Shown here: piece by piece, positions 12,769 through 25,829 of the stretch | Position numbering within the stretch: position 1 is the stretch's first letter | Layout of the letters: every line of letters starts with the position of its first letter | Assembly: GCA_000182565.2 (NCBI GenBank) | Contig: KQ257454.1 | Direction: 5' to 3' (one strand) | DNA: 64,000 nucleotides | Source: Spizellomyces punctatus DAOM BR117 | Lineage: Eukaryota | Notes under the pieces: generated by a model | Seen by the model: only the letters and a program-made list of their open reading frames with translations | Told to the model about the DNA's origin: nothing | Database searches by the model: none | Made by a program: the position numbers and the translations under genes

Positions 12769-15700
12769 TTACAATTTTAACTTCGCGATGTCATCTGCGC
12801 TAAACTCGACCCTGAGTAGATAAACCGCGTTTGGTCAACTGATCAGTGTCATGAAAATTTTGGTAACCTTACCTTAATGCCAACACCTTCCGCACGTCTT
12901 TGAGTGTCAATCGCCAGGTTATTGGACCTGATTTTCCCCACATGTCATAAATTTCCATGAGGTTGTCCAGGTTCAACAATGTGGAGATTTGATTTAGCCG
13001 CGTGAACCTATCTCTCGTTGGCCACTGGGTTACCGAGGACAGGTACGAACTAACTGCTCGGAGATCCTTATCGAACAGCAACGCCCCAAACTATCGAGAC
13101 GGAATAACAAATGTTATGTTGTTTATCTCACTTAATGCTTCTAATCCTTCATACCTGGTTGAACTTGAGGTTTTCATACAGGTACCTTTCCCAATCTTTC
13201 GCTACGTAATCGATCAGAAATATCATGGTTTGATTATAGTTCCACTCGGAATATGATTTCTAGGAAGGGATGAATGAATATGTTGGGTAAGCTAGTCCCG
13301 CTGAGACGCTCCGTTTTCAATGAACCTACCTGGTAAGGTCGAATGATCTTCCCCAAGCCAGCAACGAAACGCTTTACAAAGTACTCATCCGCCTCTTGCG
13401 CGGCGTACTCATCGTCAGTTAAAACGTACTTAATGTCAGCGTATGCTTGATGCAGAGCTGATCGTAGCCGAGGTTTTATCTGTTGCTTGAACAAGTTGTC
13501 TATCCATGTCTAATGTGGAGTGGGATTGTCAGGTAATAATATTGGGATGATTTGGACTATAAATTTTACATACCTTGAGTATATTTCGGAAACTGCCAGC
13601 GTATTCAGACAGCACTGCCAGACATGATCGGATTTTCTCCAAGGACAAATCATCGTTTGACCCGAACAGGTGCTCCACTTCCACATCCAGCTCCTCCGCC
13701 AGCTTCATAACATAATCGCAACTGATGTCTATATTGTTCAAGTAGATCTGCGAAACGGTAGTTTTGAATGCTTTTTCTTCTCACAAATTAATCATCCGTA
13801 ACAAACTTACCATAAACCCAGGTCTGTCTTTTCCTTCTTTGGTCTCAGTGGAAGTAAACGCTGATCCCGAGCGCTTTTGGAAAACATTTATGTAATCGAG
13901 CTCAAGAATCTTGCCAATGCCGTTGATAATCGCGCATATACAATTCGAGTCTGATGTTGACAAAGCTCGCCGTGTACATGTCTTTAGAATAAAGAAGACG
14001 TCTTCAACGCAACTTGATGTGAGGTCGTTTTTGTCATATGTATCAATGGAAAGTGCCTATAATGAATATAGCGGTTTAAATCAGCAGTGTAAGCAGATGA
14101 CATGGGATGACCAACAGTACCTTTTCGATGCTGCGACGAATGAAGTATTCTTCCAATGACACATAGTTGTCCATAAGCCTTTGGGTCAACTCATCCAGCT
14201 TGCTGACCTTTACGAGACCATCTCCTTCGCCATCAAGGTTTGTGGCCCAGTCGGAATGTTTTAGTGGTGTTTCATGAAGTTTCGTAATCTCAGCCTTGTT
14301 TACGATCTTTCAGCAATGGCCCTGCAACACATTTAAACAAACTGTCAGCTACTTTACCTCGGCCCGAACGTGCAGGAATCTATTGAATATCCGCGTCTTC
14401 TGAGATATGAGGGCAATTTCACTCAGAATACCATCAACCTCTCTCGGCTCTAGAAAGCTCTCGGTGGGCGGCTGCTTTAGCTTCTTGCGAGCGCTTTCTT
14501 CATAGCGTGCCACCTCCCCTAACTGATATGTTTCGTTCACCATTAGATGCCACGTGTTTTCTCATTCACATAGTTCTACCTTGCGCTGCAGCTGTCGCTT
14601 CTCAGTGAACGAATTCAGGATGATAGAACTTTGGATGTCCGCCTCACGTTGCAGGCGTTGTATGACTCTCAGCATAGTGCCCGGTCCATAAGTTGAATCC
14701 ACCATCGCTTCCTGTCGATCAACCACCATTGCAATGGTCTCAAATAATCGGGTAAGCAAACCGGCGTAGAACTGCGCTGCCGAGTGGGGTTACTTATAAG
14801 GTCAAAGGCACTCATCCGATACTTTACTTACGGCGGTCAGCGGATTCTCTCATGTTGTCTTGGCATTGCCGCGATATGCTCCCGCAAATATAGGCGGAAA
14901 ACTTATCGAGGCCTACCTCATGGTGTCCAACTAGCGGGAAGATCTTAAAGTATCGTAGTATATTTTCCTCATTGCCCGCTTGCACGGCGTTGTCAAACTC
15001 ATCCATGGCCTTATCTTTCAGGGATTGCTGAGCGTTTTTGAGTACTTCCAAAGGTGTTCTTCCTGGCTGGATAGCGTCATCGAAACTCGTTGTTCCAGAA
15101 AAATACAGATTATCTGCTGCATCTCCAGAGAAGATCTTCTCCACCACCGTTGGATCGTAGCTCAAGTATCGGCAAATGTAGTGCCCAGCCAGCTCGTAAT
15201 CGCCCGTGTTCAGCGCCTCCTCCACTCCACCAGCACATTTCTGTAAGAGCCAGAACAGAAACGCGTTATTTTCAGTCGTGTTGACAGCAGGCATTGTCCA
15301 GATAATCACCTTTAGCTCTTGGATATCCTCCACAAGCCCCATGGTGTCTTTCACGCGAGACTATATGCAGGGTATCAGAATACGCTAGAGCTATAATCCA
15401 AATAGAACCCACACCAACCTGCTCAAGGTCTAGCTGTCGAACTTTGCCTGAAATGCGTTCCGCTAGTGTAGAGGTCTCGGATAGTACGGTCAGAAGGGAA
15501 GTTGCGTCGTTTCGAAGTGAACCTATCTCTGATCTGTACTCAGTGTAGGCGCGGCCGCACATGAGGAACGGTTCGACAACCGTGGGAGAGTAATTACCGC
15601 ATGGAGTCCAATGCTTTCAAGTGGTTTTCGAGATCTGCGCGTCCTTTCATAAGGTTATCCAAGGTGAGATCCACTTCGGTCTCCTCCTCCAACAAAAACC

Positions 15701-15848
15701 GTAATTGCATTTGAATGTCATTGATATCGACAAGCTGTTGCAATTGTTCCAATTGCATCACTACAGGAAGGTCTTTAGATTTCTTCGGAGTCGCCACATG
15801 TGTGAGAGCAGGTACAGGTTGACGCGGAAAGTCATTTGCATCGGCCAT
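12769..15848 (-). CDS. COG4: Conserved oligomeric Golgi complex subunit 4, multi-exon
   Basis: [99 protein letters not shown]. Confidence 0.92.
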
Positions 15849-15962
15849 CGCTGGAGGAGTGAGCGTCAAGGACAGGCCGCGATGGAAGGGTTGGTGCGAT
15901 GACTCAGACGAAATGTGGTTATAGCCAATAATTGAATATTCAATAACATCTATTACATCCCA

Positions 15963-17442
15963 TTATCCATAAAAATATTCAAGCTGCTTTTTCCCTTTTA
16001 TCAGTCGGTGTATCTTTAAAATAAATAGTATCGTAACCATATACGGGCTCCACCAATCGAGTATTGTCCGTATTCTAGACAGAAGAGAGGCCCGAGGTTT
16101 CGGTGCAGAGCGTCGGATCATTGTGCCGGAGGTCGCCGCTGCCGCGCTGGGAGACGGAAGGTTCGTAACAGATCCAACCGCAGCATCTCCATCTCCTTCA
16201 TCTTCACTGGACTTTTTGTCCTTTCTCTGTGCGACAACGTCCGCCGTGCCTTCCGCCCGAGCCAAAACAGTCGAAACCGTTTTTTGTTCCAAGACTTTGA
16301 GAATAGTATCCAATTTTTTAAAACTATTGGGCACGCTCTTTGTCGCAATGAAGCCAATAACGCTTTTCGGTATCCTATTGAAAGTCATCTGTGTTCAAAC
16401 ACACCACATATTGCGTGAGAGCTTCATAAGTCATATGGGTGCTCACCATCCCTTTAAGTCGCCGTCCGCGACCTGAACAACCCGACACATTCCAGGCTGA
16501 TTATCGAGGGTGGGTCCAACGACTTGTCCGGATATCTTGGCTTCCATCCGCACAATGTTCTCTCCGTCTCGCGGAGGACAGTCGGGGTGCTCCACTGATT
16601 GGGCCACGTTCAGGTAGCGACCATCTGGAAGGCGTTCAACATGCGCCAAGACAAGGGTGTCACGAGGGGAAGCTGGCCAAACGCCCTTTGTTCTCATGAA
16701 TTGTATCTGTATGTGGATGACAGGATACACTTAGAGGTCAATAGAGTTGTAAATGCACAGAGATACACACCTTCGTAGCATTATCAATCACTTCGATAAT
16801 TCCTGATTCTTCGCATAAATCGTCCCATTCTCCGCGGCGAGTGATGTCCGACAGCAGATCAAATGCCGTCTCCATGGTACAGTTCAGCTCTGCAATGACC
16901 TTCACACAGAAATCTGTATTCTGGAGCTTGTACACCTCGATCGATGGATTGGCAAGGGAGGCAACAAGAACCCAAGGGTTATCATGCGATAAATTAGTGG
17001 AATCCGCCATTTCAAGAAATTGGGCTTTCATCTTTTGGATTTGATTGGCGTAACGCCCGCCATCGTTATTGGTGCGTTCAGACATGATAACCTTTCTAAG
17101 TGTCTTCAGATAAATAGTAGCAGAAAACTTTGGGCGACGGCGCCAATGTACGTTTGCGGTCTACAATTGAGTACGCTTCATCCGTAAATGTCCAAAAAAA
17201 ACTGGCCATCCCAGACTATAGGATACTACCTTGAACTCTGCAGAGTTATGCCTTGCAGCGTAAACAAACTTGTGGAACAAGCGCAGGTGGCGGGCAAGAG
17301 CAAGGACCAGGCGAACTCCCAGAAACAATCCCAGAAATAAATAGAGGATTGGGTACCAATATGGTACTACTACAAGCAGAAGAGCGTAGCAGCTTAAAAG
17401 AGAGAACAAATGCTTCCAACGTCCCAGGTAGTCGTCAACCAT
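15963..17442 (-). CDS. START lipid-binding domain protein with N-terminal transmembrane segments
   Basis: RRGEWDDLCEE, KGVWPASPRD, VAQSVEHPDCP, VRMEAKISG, DGDLKGW|IPKSVIGF; hydrophobic N-terminus. Confidence 0.82.
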
Positions 17443-17731
17443 AAACCGATGGACCTATCAGGAGGCAGAACGGAGCCACAACCATCAGAATTTATCTCAA
17501 ACAACCAAGTCAGAGCTTACACCCATAGACTGCATTTAAACTCGGTCTTTCATCTTACCTATAATCCTTTGGAAAGATGCAACCAAAAATGCAAAAGCGG
17601 TCATCAAATCTGGTCATCAATCAGTTACGAGATCCATTATCCATAGTCACATGGGGTGAGTCATTCAGGCCATGGGCCACAATCCTGCCTACGCTCTTCG
17701 TCACCTTGAGATCTATCCGCGAAACTAGTAA

Positions 17732-18407
17732 ATGAAGGGAGAAGCTTCAGAGAACGACTTTGCGAATAAAGTGACGTTGCCAGATCAAGAGGTTTCTAAA
17801 GACGCTGGTGTGAAAATGGAAGAAGATGCTGATGAGTCGCACCGTTCGGAAGATACCGCCAAGGAGATGGACCATAACAACGACACAAGTGAGAAAGAAG
17901 GAGGTGGGGAAGACGTGGAAGCGGTAGACGATGAAGACACGGAGCTACCAGAGGAAGAGGAGGAGGCAGAATCACCACGAAAGAGGACCAAACAAGATAG
18001 AGAGACGGCGCGAAAAGATAGAAGTTTGGCGGAGCTTCTGTTGATGCTTGACGAATATCGACCTGTGGTAGGGCTCAATGGGTCTGTTCCGATACATTGT
18101 GTGTTAACTTACATTCTACTTTGGTTTCCAGACACCCGATGCTGTTACGGATTATTATCTAGCACGATCAGGATTCGAATGTGACGACATCCGAGTAAAG
18201 CGTCTTCTAGCCCTTGCCGCTCAAAAGTTTGTGTCAGACATTGCGGTAGATGCGCTTCAGTACTGTAAAATACGTGGACAAGGACCCCAGACAAAGGATC
18301 GCAGAAACATGACGAAGGATAAGCGAACGGTTTTAACCATGGACGACTTATCTGCTGCGCTCGCAGATCATGGCGTCAATATGAAGAAGCCAGAGTATTT
18401 TCTATGA
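17732..18407 (+). CDS. TAF10: TFIID/SAGA subunit TAF10
   Basis: LAELLLMLDEYRPV|TPDAVTDYYLARSGFECDDIRVKRLLALAAQKFVSDIAVDALQYCKIR...VLTMDDLSAALADHGVNMKKPEYF. Confidence 0.95.
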
Positions 18408-18549
18408 TCTCTACCTGTATATAGCTTGTAAATAAGGAACCAATTCGTAAACCGCCATAGACAACACCGACAATGACGCAAAATACCAACCACTATCTTC
18501 GTATTAACAGAAACAAGTAGAGCGTTATATATTACATTGGACTGTCGCG

Positions 18550-19951
18550 TTATAATTCCAGTTGGAATACATAGTTGTAAATTCCTGAAAGGTCCATCCC
18601 ACCGAATATAAGGACCCCGTCCTTGGATTCTGTAGCTTCCGTGCCTTGGTCCTGGTGACGAGGGCGTGCATGTATCATACAGGCATCATGGTCGATAACA
18701 GCGCAAGGTGGCCCTGGTGGTAATGCGGCAACTGAGAGCTTTGACCACACCATGGTCTCTGAAAAGTGGATAACAATGTTAACTCGGATCTATAGGTTCA
18801 AATAATGGAGAAAGTTGTACCTGTATTAAAGACATAGACGTCGTCAAACACCTTTGGCTGCGGTTGCTTCACGAAGCCTCCAAATATGTACAGTTGTGTG
18901 CCGACCGCTGTAGCCGTATGTCCTGCTCGAGCTGTCGGTCGATCGCCGGATGTGTCTGGTAAGCTCCATGTATTGTTCACTATCATTGAGACATTGGTTT
19001 AGTACTTGGACGGGCAGAGAATCCTAACTGATTTCATTTACCTGTATCAAAAATCCACAGTTCATCAAATGTCTGATCACCGTCCATGCCCCCAAACATG
19101 TAAATAGTCGTGCCGACAGCAATGAGAGAATGTCCAAGCCGTGGCAATGGGGATGGCTGTTCGCGCCCCGTAGTGACTTGAATCCATAGCAATGAATCTG
19201 CGGTGGAATGCATAAACCTTTGTATCATGTGTCAACCACTGTCACAAACATTTCAAATACTTACTGACGTCTAAGCAATAAACCTTGACATCTGGTACTG
19301 CCGTGTCAATGGTAAGCCCTCCGCCGAATATGTACAACCGATCCGCTTTTCCACTATTGGAGTCCAACACAATGTGACCACTTGAATGCAATGTACGAGC
19401 TTGCGGCATATTTCCCCGCGTCTTCAGAGCGCTCCACCGATACGTCTCTATCGCGACAAGTTCAGCTGATGAATCGTTTTGTAGGCACATACCGTGCACC
19501 TACCCAGGTCCAACGCCCACACATCACCCCGCAGGCCTTCCTCTCCCGCACCATACATGACCATAAGCTGGGGTACCCCACCGTTTCTACGGACGATAGC
19601 AGCCACATGTTCATATCTCGCTGGCGCTGACTGAAAATTCGTTCTATTCTGCTTTACACCGACGCGCCAGGTCAAGGTTGCTAGAGTCCAGAAAAGCGAC
19701 AAGCAATGAGAGGAAAGATACTTGCTCCGCCAAACGCATTGCAACCACATAGAGCTGGATGTGCCAATATTCTTACCTAGATCAAGGACATGAACATCGT
19801 TTGAAAATCCTGTCTCATGGCTTGCTCCACCAAAGACTATACATTCGTTGGTGGCCTCATTGAATGATACCGTGTGACCGGCGCGGGGAGAAGGCAGGCC
19901 GTCGGTGACCAGAGGTCGCCATACCGGTTGGAACGACATACCCGCCGCCAT
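18550..19951 (-). CDS. Kelch-repeat beta-propeller protein (RABEPK/KLHDC-like)
   Basis: Repeated PSPRAGHT/PLPRLGHS/PTARAGHT ... FGG ... W motifs across exons. Confidence 0.85.
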
Positions 19952-20314
19952 GTCCTAGATTCTAGTCGAGTAAGAAGAGCGTAACTTTCGCAGAGTCTTC
20001 GAGGCCCACGAAAGACAAGAGGGTGGTTAGTCTTTTATGGGCCAGGCGTGAGAAGAGAGCGTGGGATGAGACGGCGGGCGAGCATGGCAGGGCGCTGCAA
20101 AGGAGGGCTTGGGGACGCGAAATGACCATCGAGGCTTAGTTACGTGCTGCACAGCCTAATAAAATTCAGACTGACATGACCTGCCTGGCGCTTCCAAGCC
20201 GATAAAAGTAAGATTTCATGTTTTGAGAAAGGAAGAACTACAGTACATTAATGAAATTATATTAGATTCAACGTCTTCTACACTGGTACTATGCTTTCTC
20301 GGGCCAGTGTTTAT

Positions 20315-21677
20315 CTAGGTGAAAGAAGTGGGAAGAACATTTCCCAATATCGCCCTGGTGTCACCCAACGCATCTTCGCTACCGATATATCCATTTCCAT
20401 CTTCCTTGGGTATTAGTGCACAAGTTCTCCAATCAATTCGACGCTCATTTTCGGCTAATACACCCCAATGGGGACTTGGGGTCCGCTTTAACCATTTGAA
20501 ATCTTCGACTTTGTCAAAGCGGTTAACCTCTGGGGTATACTCCAAATCAGCCATTTCGAAAAGGCGAGACATTGATGACGTGGTAAGTAATGAGGATAGG
20601 TCTTCGGCAGGGTATGGTGCAAATCGGATTTTGTCACAATCTTCAATGATTGGGTGAGACGGTATGTGAAGGAATACATCTGCATGCATCGTGTGATGCA
20701 TGCGAAACTGTAAAACGGGGAGGACACGTAAGCGACATTAGTCTGGTAATCAGCGACAGCAACATTCTAGAATTTCTCACCTGTCGGCACGCCAGTACGA
20801 ATACGCAGTTTTCACAGTTTTCAAGCAGCACTGACCCGGCGATTGGACCAGCAATAACCAGGCAGTTGCGCAATTTCTTTGCATGCAGGGCAGCAACAGG
20901 CGTTGTAAGCATCGAGATCACGCATCGATCTAAATTCAGTAGGTAGTAATCTTTTGATGCTGTAGCAAGCCCCTCCGCATCTGCAGCGCCGGGCAGATTG
21001 ACGTAACGGTCGACATAGTCCGCTATTGTGCGTGAGTGAGTAGGATCGGCTGAATCAAAGGGCTAGTCAATATATCAACCATATAAATGTACGAGCCCCA
21101 TGAATGTCCTTCTGTACCTGGCGGTAGTGCACTGTGCTTTCGTCCTTCCTGTGGTGACTTCGGTATTGCAGTTAATTCAGCTTCCCCAAAAATGTCCCCC
21201 TTTCCACCAGTAGCGGTAGCATCCTGGACCGCCGTTTCCAGCGTAGCGGTGCTTCGTTTCGTGGTCACTTCCTCCTTCGCTGCTTTGCTTTTCCGTGATG
21301 CGAAGGAGAATTTCGCTCGCGGCGGATTAGAGCTCGATAGACACTCTTGCAGATCTTTTAATAACTGCGTTGGTTCAGCAACATGTTCAATTCTCCGCAA
21401 ATCGCTCAGAGTCAACTACCGCAGAGCACTGCCTTTGATCATAAGCTGGAAGATATACAGCGGCTTCCGTAAGCTTTTTGCCAAGCTCACTTGTCTTGAC
21501 CAACAGAGCATGCCGATCGCAAGAAGTGTCTCGCAAGGACGCCTGGACACCTGGTCAAAACATGAGCTGAATGGTCGACCGCCATCCTTTGGGCCTTGAC
21601 CTCGCACCTTCGCATTCGGACTTGAACTCTGAGCAGAATATTGCAGAAGCGTGCTTTACGTCCGGATGAGTGGTCAT
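20315..21677 (-). CDS. TBCC: Tubulin-folding cofactor C (Arl2 GAP)
   Basis: N-terminal YLPAYDQRQ and PRAKFSF; C-CAP domain GPIAGSVLLENCENCVFVLACRQ|FRMH, PIIEDCDKIRFAPY, VEDFKWLK..SPHW. Confidence 0.92.
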
Positions 21678-21720
21678 ATCTCAGGTGAAGCGATACACAT
21701 GCATCTTGCGATGTGGATTA

Positions 21721-22176
21721 CAGTAGCACGAACGAAGGTTTCACGTGCTCACACGTGATACCTTCTATCAGGTTGACGGCCGAGTTTGCTGCAATGCAAT
21801 GGCCAACATGAAGCCACTGGAACCAACCAAACGAGCTGCCATCGTTGCATTGCACAAAGCTGGACATACTAGGGAAGAAATCGCACGTCAAGAAAAGATC
21901 AGCTATTCCACAATCAAAAGAACGCTGAGGAAATACCGAGAGACTGGGTCATATGACACCAAGAAAGCCCCCAGTCGGCCACCAAAGGCGCAAGGTAGTG
22001 CATCTATTCTACAAACCTTATTCTATAGTGAAAACAGTGGAATTTTACCTCTAGGACAGCTCGTATCCCAGTTTCATTAGAAAACTGTCAGCGCTGTTCA
22101 CAAGCGCACGTTGTGGACCTGGCTCACCAAGCATCTTGGAATCAAGAGGCGATGCGCAGGATGTGACTAACTACTG
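21721..22176 (+). mobile_element. Degenerate Tc1/mariner-like DNA transposon relic (N-terminal HTH of the transposase only)
   Basis: ORF from 21799: KRAAIVALHKAGHTREEIARQEKISYSTIKRTLRKYRETGSYDTKKAPSRPPK, then an in-frame stop and a second HTH remnant; no DDE domain. Ends read TA|CAGTAG ... CTACTG|TA. Confidence 0.72.
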
Positions 22177-22880
22177 TAATTGATAAATGCACGTGGGCCC
22201 ACATGATAACAAACTCGGATCTGCACAGCTTCGCAGCATTCGACCAACATCTCCCGTGAGGCGATGGAGACGGGTTCGGCGGGTGGTGTAATTAGCTTGA
22301 GGTGTAAAGAAGCTTGCCCGGCCGGCGATGTTTTGGTTTCCGTTGACATTGGGGCGGTGGCAAATTGGGGTCCATAGTTGTTTGACATCCGCACGGATCT
22401 GCTGATTATTCATCATTAGTGGGTCCTTTTTCTTGACTTTCAGCACTGCACTAGTTTTACGTGCTATATAATTACACCAAAAGCACTACAATATTCCTGC
22501 CCACTAGGCAATGATTTTTCTCAATATACTTTGCAAAATGTCCTTATGGGTATGTAGTTTGAGGAACTCTCATCTGAGTGATGCTACTCTCAGATACTCA
22601 CAGATGGGCGCAGATCCATTGTGGAGTCATATGTGACCACGGCATGTCCATGGAAAGTGATGCGTAATTAGATTGTTCAGTCCTTAAGGTACCTGAGCTG
22701 GGCATCCCAGCAGCCGGATCCTAACGAGATCAATTCGATACCCAGGAGTACGGTACCTACCAAAGAATGCCAACTAAGATGGCTTATCATTCATATAATT
22801 GGAGGTCGACAAAGTCGGTGAGTTGTGTTCACTACTATCGGCCATGTACAGTTCCGCAGTGAAAGGCACACGGGCAGCCA

Positions 22881-23902
22881 TTATTCCAGCATATATATTC
22901 TGGACGCAATGTCACTGACGATCCAATCCATCCCTGCCAGCAGGTTTGCACCGGTTACAGCGCTGCATCCAATGATGTGCCAGTGATGCGTTTGTATAGA
23001 TCTAAGATCAAGCAGCTGAGTGGTAGGAAGCAGCGGGGAATACTTAGATGAGTAAGCTTTCTCCCAATGCTAGAAAGATGGCACCCACCTCCTCTATTTG
23101 TTCGTAACTGAGTGCGCCGGACAAATCTTGTTTATTTGCGAATATCAGAAGGGAGGCCCCGGCCAAACGCTGCATATGGGAAGTCAAACCACAATGTGGC
23201 TCGTTGAAACCATTACGAGGATTCACGTACCTCCTCCAGCAACAAACTATGGAGCTCTCGTCTACAGTCCTCAAGTCGATCTGGTCGATCCGCGCTATCC
23301 ACAACCCAAACCAATCCATCGGTTTGCTCAAAGTAGTTTCTCCAATACGAGCGGATAGATTTTTGACCCCCGACATCCCATATATTTAGCTTGTAACTGT
23401 CAGAAGGTAATGAAAAATCCAATGGTGCAAGCAGGAGAGGAGTCCGCCGGAACCTACCCATTATGTACCAGGGTCTTGATGTTGAAACCTAATGTGGGAG
23501 ATATTGTTGAAATGTCTTCACCATTGATTCGTTTCAATATGGTAGTCTTTCCGGCATTGTCCAGTCCCCTACGCAAAGATGCAGAAAATATCCATATTTG
23601 AGTTCAGTGGAATGGCCGCTCGCAATTTCAACGCTTCATTTCGTTTTCTCCAACGACCCCCTGCGAGCTATCCGGACACGGATTAGAGGACAGTATTGGC
23701 AGAGACAAGCTTGTCCGCCTAGAGATAACAGCAGTACGACGATGCCCAATTCATGTCAGGGTAGCGGACAACAGAACACACGGTGGGTCACCAATCGCAG
23801 GACACCTATAACGCGCAAGGAGCAACCGACTACTTACAGCATGAGAATGCGAATCTCTTTTTCCTTTTGTTTCAATTTCTTAAGAACTGTGAGGAGACCC
23901 AT
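22881..23902 (-). CDS. ARL2: ADP-ribosylation factor-like GTPase 2
   Basis: [84 protein letters not shown]. Confidence 0.96.
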
Positions 23903-25003
23903 GGTTAGGCGAACAAGTTTGGTTGGGATTCAGGCCTCGTTGAGTTGGTGGAAGACGCGTCTCCTTTGGATCGTCCAGCAACCTCTTCGAGCTGCCTCAA
24001 CGCCGCGACTCCCAGGATGTATCTCTGCACTTTCGCTCAAAGTAACTTATCATCAATAGTTTCGAACATCTTGTTCCCTATCATCATAAATGGGACTAGT
24101 ATCCAGAAGAGCTTCTAGATTTCCAGGGCATTATGTTAGCAATGTTCGGGCTAGTTACGACCGCCATAAAGATTCTTATACGAAGATGATGTTCTGACAT
24201 CGCATATATGGTTGACTGATAAGGACACACATGTAGATCTGGAAAACGTTGCCGGGTGTCGTTTGTTCTTTGTATTTGGACACCCCATGAGCCAGCGGCA
24301 TTAAAAGTCAATGCTTTACATGTATGGTAATTTGTGCTTTTCTCAGTTCTCCACCTCTCGGGCTATTATCCTGTATATGTATCAGTTGAAGTGGACGGAA
24401 GGTTATTTGTTGCAAGGTGGATCTCTGTCGTAGCAAAACATTGGGGTAGGTGATGGTCTGCTTTTAAGGCTGAGACTTCAAGTCCTAGAGTACTGTTGAT
24501 ATCCAGTGCTCAGTAACATCATGCAGCTGCTGGCGACCGTTTACGGTCTGGTTGTTGCACGGCGGCAGCTGATCATCGAATCATCTATCCGTTGTCTTGT
24601 TGTTTCATCGGGGTAATAGTTCTGGTGCTTCGATTAGATATACATGTTAGCAAACGTCAATGATGTGATTTTCCTTTGGTGGCATCGCTAGCTCCTCTCA
24701 AGAGATACATGCTTCCGACATCTTGTTATTGCATTTCCACAACTATTATTTGATATTGGGTGAAAGGCATTGTAACTCTGTACATTGCGCCCATCACCAC
24801 AACCGATATCCTCCAACGCGTTGTGGGTGAGCGTGGCCTTCAAGGTTCGAGCCAAAACGATCTGGTTGACGCGCTGAGTTCAACCAAAGGTCGAGTCTAC
24901 GCAGCATTCTCGCTATTGGGTCTGGCCATTCGTGAGACCAATTGCACGTTGCCGTATTGCGCATCTCCTTGGAATATCGTCCAGGCACTCTAGGGAATGT
25001 GCC

Positions 25004-25492
25004 ATGTTTCAGGACAAGAATTCCCTTCACTCCGTAATTGACCAAAAGTTGATCCGAAGTGGGGAGAAAGACAGGTTTGTTTTCGTGCTCGCTTTGGTGC
25101 GGTCAACTCAAAAGTTTATGAGGAACCCGCATGCTCATCCTCTACTTATAGACTGAAGGAGTATTTGCGCCAAAGATTAATTGAGTGCGGGTGGCGAGAC
25201 CAAATGAAGGCATACGCAAAGCGTACGAACCGTTGGCAGTTTGTTTCCCTCTAAGTTTACAAATGCTAACGGAGTATCTTGCAGAGGTCATAACATCAAG
25301 GCCTCATGAACAACTGAACGTTGACGATCTGATCCAAGAAATTACACCCAAAGGCCGAGGTGAATATTCCTAACCATTCATCTCTCATACACCGTTATTG
25401 ATGTTCCAACCTCAGCAATGGTACCCGAAAACGTCAAGGCGGACTTGCTGCTCAGAATTCAAAAGACTCTCCAAGAGCAAGATGTATCGTAA
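25004..25492 (+). CDS. SUS1: SAGA/TREX-2 subunit Sus1/ENY2 (4 exons)
   Basis: IDQKLIRSGEKDR|LKEYLRQRLIECGWRDQMK ... VDDLIQEITPKGRA|MVPENVKADLLLRI. Confidence 0.93.
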
Positions 25493-25829
25493 ACCAGAAA
25501 TCATTGTTGCCTTCTATTCGCCAGTCTACAGGCCGCCTGTTTTTCTCAATTCACCGTCAATACTTTGGCAAATTGAAAGAAGGTGATAGCTGGCGTTGAA
25601 CGTGCTCTGGGCGCAAATCCCGGCAAGATATCAGTCTTTCAATTTGTATGTTATACCTTCAAAGTTGTAAGGGTTGGGCGGGTACTTGGAGGTGGTATCC
25701 AGCGATGGTTCAATCAGATTTAATCGCATTGGCACCGATTCAATACACATGTCACTGTCTTCTTAAAACGATACCTTTGAACATGTTTGGTCTGTGGGCG
25801 AGGCGGTCGCTCCCCGCGATCGCAAAGAC

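Noticed and set aside
22167-22446. Short overlapping minus-strand ORFs beside the Tc1 relic
   Set aside because: No motif, no splice support and no transposase DDE similarity.
24467-24476. GGCTGAGA resembling a TPP riboswitch core
   Set aside because: The downstream conserved TPP elements are absent and there is no thiamine gene nearby.
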